9,174 nt of DNA from Octopus sinensis (Eukaryota): the NCBI RefSeq assembly GCF_006345805.1, contig NW_021828130.1, positions 1-9,174 of the forward strand. The letters run 5' to 3'. How positions within the stretch are numbered: position 1 is the stretch's first letter; every line of letters begins with the position of its first letter. Under the pieces are notes generated by a model that saw only the letters and a list, made by a program, of their open reading frames with translations, searched no databases and was not told where the DNA came from. Of the stretch, positions 8,274 through 9,174 are shown piece after piece. Position numbers and translations under genes: made by a program.

Positions 8274-8559
8274 TAATCATAGCCTGGTGGATTCGTTATT
8301 TTTTTCTCTTTACCTGCGTGAGTTGTTGGGTATTGCTGTCTGGGAGATTTTCTTATGGTAGTGAAGTAGTTAGTTTTAACTGCTATTTCTAAATTTCGGT
8401 ATGCGGTGAAGCAAATTTTTGCTGAACCTTAATTATAATTATACTCATAATTATAGAATTTTTGTATAAGTTTACCGATAATGATTCTTTTAACGTACCG
8501 AGCTACTTGGTAAAATTATTAATTGTTAATTAATTAATTTTACCCTTTATTATTATTGA

Positions 8560-8582
8560 TGATATATATATATATATATATA
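8560..8582. repeat. (TA)n
   Basis: Direct reading; left boundary of the hammerhead cassette. Confidence 0.95.
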
Positions 8583-8624
8583 CAAATAAATGAAAGAATG
8601 GAGTTGAACGACGAATTAACAAAA

Positions 8625-8723
8625 TTCCTTTATTTTCGACATATGTTTCGAAGGTTGCATATTCCTAATTTCGAAGGAATAAGGGGTGCATTATGCCGCC
8701 TTCTCATCAGGAAAAACAAGGAA
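8625..8723 (-). ncRNA. Canonical type I hammerhead ribozyme, Penelope-like minimal type
   Basis: Minus strand: TTCCTT-gt-TTTTC-CTGATGA(8710-8704)-GAAGG..44 nt..CCTTC-GAAAC(8649-8645)-ATAT-GTC(8640-8638)-GAAAA-ta-AAGGAA. All core residues, the G10.1-C11.1 pair and the GUC site are present; helix III is the palindrome ACATATGT. Confidence 0.9.
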
Positions 8724-8783
8724 CTTATGTCAGCATCAAGATGCACAAAAACTTTTAGATGACTGCCCACACTCAACTACTCA

Positions 8784-8788
<5 letters not shown>

Positions 8789-8818
<30 letters not shown>
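8789..8818. repeat. (TA)n
   Basis: Direct reading; separates two hammerhead cassettes. Confidence 0.95.
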
Positions 8819-8820
<2 letters not shown>

Positions 8821-8915
8821 CTTTTCGAGATCATGACTTTTTCATCACTTGTCACTTAAAAGATTATACATATATTTTCATTGGGAACCACTTCACATCG
8901 ACAACCGGCGATTGT

Positions 8916-8960
8916 CACACGCTGATGACGGGTCAATACCCAGAAACTCCAGGCCGTGTG
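8916..8960 (+). ncRNA. Compact type I hammerhead ribozyme motif with a mutated cleavage triplet
   Basis: CACACG-CTGATGA(8922-8928)-c-GGGT-caat-ACCC-a-GAAAC(8943-8947)-tcca-GGC-CGTGTG. Helix I is a perfect 6 bp and extends via CAACC 8902-8906 with GGTTG 8971-8975; GGC replaces GTC. Confidence 0.75.
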
Positions 8961-9116
8961 TATCATGTCAGGTTGGAGATGGGAAGGTTGATTCCCTTTG
9001 CAAATACTGATAGAGCACAGATAGTGTGTCAATAGCCAGCTGGAGGTGGTGTCCTCCTGGAGCTACAGGCTACAGTAGCATCTACCCTTAAAGGTTAGCC
9101 ACATATACTTGACGAC

Positions 9117-9162
9117 ATATATATATATATATGTATGTACGTATGTATGTATATATATATAT
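9117..9162. repeat. (TA)n/(TATG)n
   Basis: Direct reading. Confidence 0.93.
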
Positions 9163-9174
9163 AATTATTGTTGT

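Noticed and set aside
8509-8544. Palindrome GGTAAAATTA...TAATTTTACC
   Set aside because: Short and very AT-rich; compatible with chance or slippage.

Overview
AT-rich, repeat-dominated non-coding eukaryotic DNA. The SINE families and microsatellite load resemble octopus (cephalopod) genomic DNA, but that assignment is from recall, not a search. No intact protein-coding gene is present; the long ORFs are translations of microsatellites. Contents: (i) large (AAT)n/(ATT)n, (TA)n, (GATA)n and (CA)n tracts; (ii) two tRNA-derived SINE families with about 12 copies or fragments, some nested, dimeric or tandem, with readable target-site duplications (TSDs); (iii) a decayed minus-strand R4/Dong-like non-LTR retrotransposon C-terminus whose restriction-like endonuclease core is tandemly duplicated in frame; (iv) most interesting, four Penelope-type minimal type I hammerhead ribozyme motifs, each with a different tiny helix III. 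One (8625-8723, minus) has a fully canonical core, and two sit in short cassettes bounded by (TA)n. A 210-bp fold-back palindrome (2303-2512) has arms that match the 3' half of the intact hammerhead cassette.
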